Shown here in pieces: positions 28,657 to 32,000 of a stretch of DNA of 32,000 nt. The notes below the pieces were generated by a model. The model was not told where the DNA came from, ran no database searches, and worked only from the letters and a program-made list of their open reading frames with translations. Source of the stretch: Vibrio vulnificus CMCP6 (GTDB lineage: Bacteria > Pseudomonadota > Gammaproteobacteria > Enterobacterales > Vibrionaceae). How positions within the stretch are numbered: the stretch's first letter is position 1; the number at the start of each line of letters is the position of its first letter. The stretch lies in assembly GCF_000039765.1 (NCBI RefSeq), contig NC_004459.3, positions 3,106,104-3,138,103 on the forward strand. The letters are read 5' to 3'. A program made the position numbers and the translations under genes.

Positions 28657-28674
28657 ATATTTGCTACTAGGGGG

Positions 28675-28706
28675 TTGACTTTTTACCCTTGCACTAGTTA
28701 ACTAGT
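28675..28706 (+). promoter_or_regulatory. trp promoter and TrpR operator
   Basis: -35 TTGACT (28675-28680), 17-bp spacer, -10 TTAACT (28698-28703). The perfect palindrome ACTAGTTAACTAGT (28693-28706) matches the TrpR operator core. Confidence 0.85.
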
Positions 28707-28741
28707 ACACAAATACAAAGTACCTGACTATAGGGCCGACC

Positions 28742-28867
28742 ATGTTACAAGAATTTAACCACAACCAGAAAGCGAAACTTGCTCTGCATAACGAGAATGT
28801 CAATGCAGCAGAGCTCGCTTGGTGGCGCACTTGGACAAGTTCTTGGTGGGCTAACGTGTACTTTTAA
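28742..28867 (+). CDS. trpL: trp operon leader peptide (41 aa, five Trp)
   Basis: MLQEFNHNQKAKLALHNENVNAAELAWWRTWTSSWWANVYF*, followed by an attenuator hairpin and trpE. Absent from the supplied ORF track. Confidence 0.93.
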   Translation: MLQEFNHNQKAKLALHNENVNAAELAWWRTWTSSWWANVYF

Positions 28868-28886
28868 TAAAGAAAATGAATCACAC

Positions 28887-28918
28887 AAAGCCCGCTAACC
28901 ATGCGGGCTTTTTATTTT
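28887..28918 (+). terminator. trp attenuator terminator
   Basis: AAGCCCGC (28888-28895) / GCGGGCTT (28903-28910), followed by TTTTATTTT. Confidence 0.9.
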
Positions 28919-29044
28919 GTTGCACATCTCACAATCAACTGATTAAACATTCATCAAAACGAACAAATTCTGCGTTGGGTGAACGTTTGCTTTGTGCGAG
29001 TATGTACAGCAGGAAGACAAAGAATTGAATAATAAGGAGGTCTT

Positions 29045-30610
29045 GTGAACAAGGCCATTAACATCACCACACTAGGACAGCTAGAGCTTCTGTCAACGAC
29101 GGTTCCTTACCATTCGGATCCTACGCGCCTTTTTCACACTTTGTGTGAAAACAAGCGCGATAGCTTATTGCTCGAATCAGCTGAAATCGATTCAAAACAA
29201 GATCTTAAAAGCTTACTGATTGTCGATTCCGCGGTACGTATGGTTTGCCATGGCCATGTCGTGACCATGACGGCACTCAGTGACAACGGCAAGAATCTGT
29301 TAACGCATTTGACAAAGAATGTCGCGCAAGAGGTTGAACATCAGTTTGATGGACAACAACTTACTCTCACCTTCTCAAGCCCAGATGACCGCCTAGATGA
29401 AGACTCTCGCTTACGTGAAGCCTCTAGTTTCGACGCATTGAGACTGGTTCAACACAGTTTTGATTTGGCGGAAAAAGACAAGCACGCGATCTTTATCGGC
29501 GGTCTGTTTGCCTATGACTTGGTGGCCAACTTTGAACCACTGGGTGAAGCCCACGCAATAAATCAATGTCCTGACTATGTCTTCTACGTGGCAGAAACGC
29601 TGATGGTGGTCGACCACCAGACCGAGAGTTGCCATTTACAAGCAACGCTTTTTGCAGACGACTCACAAAAAGAAGCACTAAATCAGCGTATTGAACAAAT
29701 CCGCACTCTGTGTGCTACCCCGAAAGCGCTACCTAAAGCCATTCATCTCGATAAGGTTGAGGTCGATACCAATATCAGCGATGACGCCTTTTGCCAAGTG
29801 GTACGCGACCTAAAGCAATACGTAGTCAAAGGCGACATTTTCCAAGTCGTACCATCACGCCGCTTTACCCTGCCCTGCCCGTCACCATTGGCGGCGTATA
29901 AAGAGCTCAAAGTCAGCAACCCAAGCCCTTACATGTTTTACATGCAAGATGAACTCTTTACGTTGTTTGGCGCATCACCGGAAAGCGCGTTGAAATATGA
30001 AACGCAAACCAATCAGGTGGAGATCTACCCCATTGCTGGTACTCGACGCCGTGGCAAGCGAGCCAATGGTGAGATCGATTTCGACCTCGATAGTCGAATT
30101 GAACTCGAACTTCGCACTGACAAGAAAGAAAACGCCGAGCACATGATGTTGGTGGATCTCGCTCGAAATGATGTCGCACGCATTTCTCGCGCAGGGACAC
30201 GCCACGTCGCCGATTTACTTAAAGTGGACCGCTACAGCCATGTGATGCACTTGGTCTCACGCGTTGTTGGACAATTACGTGACGATCTTGACGCACTACA
30301 CGCCTACCAAGCGTGTATGAATATGGGCACATTAACGGGCGCTCCGAAAATTCGTGCCATGCAATTGATTCGTGATGTTGAAGGGGCTCGCCGTGGCAGT
30401 TACGGTGGGGCTGTCGGTTACCTCACTGGCGAAGGGACACTGGATACCTGTATCGTGATTCGTTCGGCTTACGTTGAAAACGGCATTGCACAAGTGCAAG
30501 CCGGTGCCGGAGTGGTCTTTGATTCCGCCCCCCAAGCCGAAGCCGATGAGACGCGCGGCAAAGCTCAGGCAGTCATCTCTGCCATTCAGAAAGCCCACAA
30601 GGAGTCGTAA
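29045..30610 (+). CDS. trpE: Anthranilate synthase component I
   Basis: 521 aa, GTG start after AAGGAGGTCTT. VDLARNDVARI and PIAGTRRRGKRANGEID motifs. Confidence 0.96.
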   Translation: MNKAINITTLGQLELLSTTVPYHSDPTRLFHTLCENKRDSLLLESAEIDSKQDLKSLLIVDSAVRMVCHGHVVTMTALSDNGKNLLTHLTKNVAQEVEHQFDGQQLTLTFSSPDDRLDEDSRLREASSFDALRLVQHSFDLAEKDKHAIFIGGLFAYDLVANFEPLGEAHAINQCPDYVFYVAETLMVVDHQTESCHLQATLFADDSQKEALNQRIEQIRTLCATPKALPKAIHLDKVEVDTNISDDAFCQVVRDLKQYVVKGDIFQVVPSRRFTLPCPSPLAAYKELKVSNPSPYMFYMQDELFTLFGASPESALKYETQTNQVEIYPIAGTRRRGKRANGEIDFDLDSRIELELRTDKKENAEHMMLVDLARNDVARISRAGTRHVADLLKVDRYSHVMHLVSRVVGQLRDDLDALHAYQACMNMGTLTGAPKIRAMQLIRDVEGARRGSYGGAVGYLTGEGTLDTCIVIRSAYVENGIAQVQAGAGVVFDSAPQAEADETRGKAQAVISAIQKAHKES

Positions 30611-30612
30611 AG

Positions 30613-31191
30613 ATGGCGGACATTGTATTTATCGATAACTTCGATTCATTTACCTACAACTTGGTTGATCAGTTCCGCTCTTTAGGCCACCAAGTAAAGA
30701 TTTACCGCAATAGTATTGCCACAGACACTATTGTAGACGCGATTGAGCAACTCGAGCGCCCAGTGGTGCTGCTCTCTCCAGGGCCAGGCGCGCCATCAGA
30801 GGCGGGCTGTATGCCAGAGTTAATTGCTCGCGTCAAAGGCAAAGTCCCAGTGATTGGCATTTGTCTCGGCCATCAGGCAATTGTGGAAGCCTACGGCGGC
30901 ACCGTGGCTGGCGCAGGCGAGATCATCCATGGCAAAGTCTCGATGATGGAGCACCAAAGCCATGCGATTTATCAAGGGTTGCCATCCCCACTGGCTATTG
31001 CGCGCTACCACTCGTTGGTGGCAACACACGTACCGCAAACACTGACCGTAACCGCCGAAGTGAATGGCCTTGTTATGTCGGTGGTTAACGAAGAAGACAA
31101 AGTGTGCGGTTTTCAATTTCACCCAGAGTCCATCATGACGACACAAGGTGCGACGTTGTTAGCCAACGCGATTAACTGGGCATTAGCATAA
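30613..31191 (+). CDS. trpG: Anthranilate synthase component II (glutamine amidotransferase)
   Basis: 192 aa. IDNFDSFTYNLVDQFRSLGH, GICLGHQAI and FQFHPESIMTT. Separate from trpD. Confidence 0.95.
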   Translation: MADIVFIDNFDSFTYNLVDQFRSLGHQVKIYRNSIATDTIVDAIEQLERPVVLLSPGPGAPSEAGCMPELIARVKGKVPVIGICLGHQAIVEAYGGTVAGAGEIIHGKVSMMEHQSHAIYQGLPSPLAIARYHSLVATHVPQTLTVTAEVNGLVMSVVNEEDKVCGFQFHPESIMTTQGATLLANAINWALA

Positions 31192-31209
31192 GGATTGGGA
31201 GAAAAGATT

Positions 31210-32000
31210 ATGGAAGCCATCATCAACAAACTGTATCAGCAAGCATCTCTGACAGAGCAAGAGAGCCAACAACTTTTCGACACCATTATTCGCGGCGAGT
31301 TAGACCCCATTCTCATGGCTTCGGCCCTAACCGCACTGAAAATCAAAGGGGAAACACCCGATGAAATTGCCGGTGCAGCCAAAGCATTACTTGCCAATGC
31401 GCAACCTTTCCCGCGTCCTGATTACGATTTTGCCGACATCGTGGGCACGGGTGGCGATGGCCACAACACCATCAATATCTCGACAACCGCAGCCTTTGTG
31501 GCCGCAGCCTGTGGGTTGAAAGTCGCTAAGCATGGCAATCGCAGCGTTTCAAGTAAATCTGGCTCTTCCGATCTACTTGATTCATTTGGCATCAACCTCG
31601 CGATGAGTGCAGAAGATACTCGCTCAGCCGTCGATAACATTGGCGTCGCCTTTTTGTTTGCACCTCAATACCATAGCGGTGTGAAGCATGCGATGCCTGT
31701 GCGCCAAACCATGAAAACGCGCACCATCTTCAACATCTTAGGCCCTTTGATTAACCCTGCGCGCCCTAACATCGAACTGATGGGTGTATACAGCCAAGAA
31801 CTGGTTCGCCCTATCGCAGAAACCATGTTGAAAATGGGCATGAAACGCGCCGCGGTCGTGCATGGCAGCGGCTTGGATGAAGTCGCTATTCATGGCGACA
31901 CCTTGGTCGCAGAAATCAAAGATGGCGTGATTCACGAATACACTCTCACCCCAGCCGACTTTGGCGTCAATACACATCCATTGGAAGCGATTAAGGGTGG
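31210..32000 (+). CDS. trpD: Anthranilate phosphoribosyltransferase (truncated by the window end)
   Basis: [33 protein letters not shown]...[45 protein letters not shown]. Open at the right edge. Confidence 0.95.
   Translation, partial: MEAIINKLYQQASLTEQESQQLFDTIIRGELDPILMASALTALKIKGETPDEIAGAAKALLANAQPFPRPDYDFADIVGTGGDGHNTINISTTAAFVAAACGLKVAKHGNRSVSSKSGSSDLLDSFGINLAMSAEDTRSAVDNIGVAFLFAPQYHSGVKHAMPVRQTMKTRTIFNILGPLINPARPNIELMGVYSQELVRPIAETMLKMGMKRAAVVHGSGLDEVAIHGDTLVAEIKDGVIHEYTLTPADFGVNTHPLEAIKG

Overview
This 32 kb window is a chromosomal core region of a Vibrio, probably Harveyi-clade or V. parahaemolyticus-like judging by protein content; no database search was possible. Gene order, left to right: gyrA 5' end (-), ubiG, nrdA-nrdB-2Fe-2S ferredoxin (yfaE-like), CinA-family protein (-), DUF3943-like secreted or membrane protein, GcvR-like ACT protein, the norspermidine/carboxynorspermidine pathway (nspC, carboxynorspermidine synthase, fused diaminobutyrate aminotransferase/decarboxylase, all -), a Gly-Leu-Gly-Cys tRNA cluster (-), pgsA, uvrC, uvrY/varA (-), polB, a PTS EIIC-EAL fusion (-), a divergent nucleotidyltransferase-like protein (-), efpL/yeiP, yciU, rluB (-), a stand-alone small RTX-repeat protein, a YciO-type Sua5 protein (-), rnm/trpH PHP protein (-), and the start of the trp operon (trpL-attenuator-trpE-trpG-trpD'). 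I see no CRISPR array, prophage, transposon or obvious defence island. The strongest leads are: the PTS-EIIC/EAL fusion with intact EAL residues and no visible EIIA/EIIB; the orphan 236-aa RTX protein between housekeeping genes; a dyad-rich ~400-nt leader upstream of the norspermidine operon; a mutually exclusive hairpin option ahead of nrdB; and a nucleotidyltransferase-like protein whose DxD motif reads NxD. None is proven to be a novel system.
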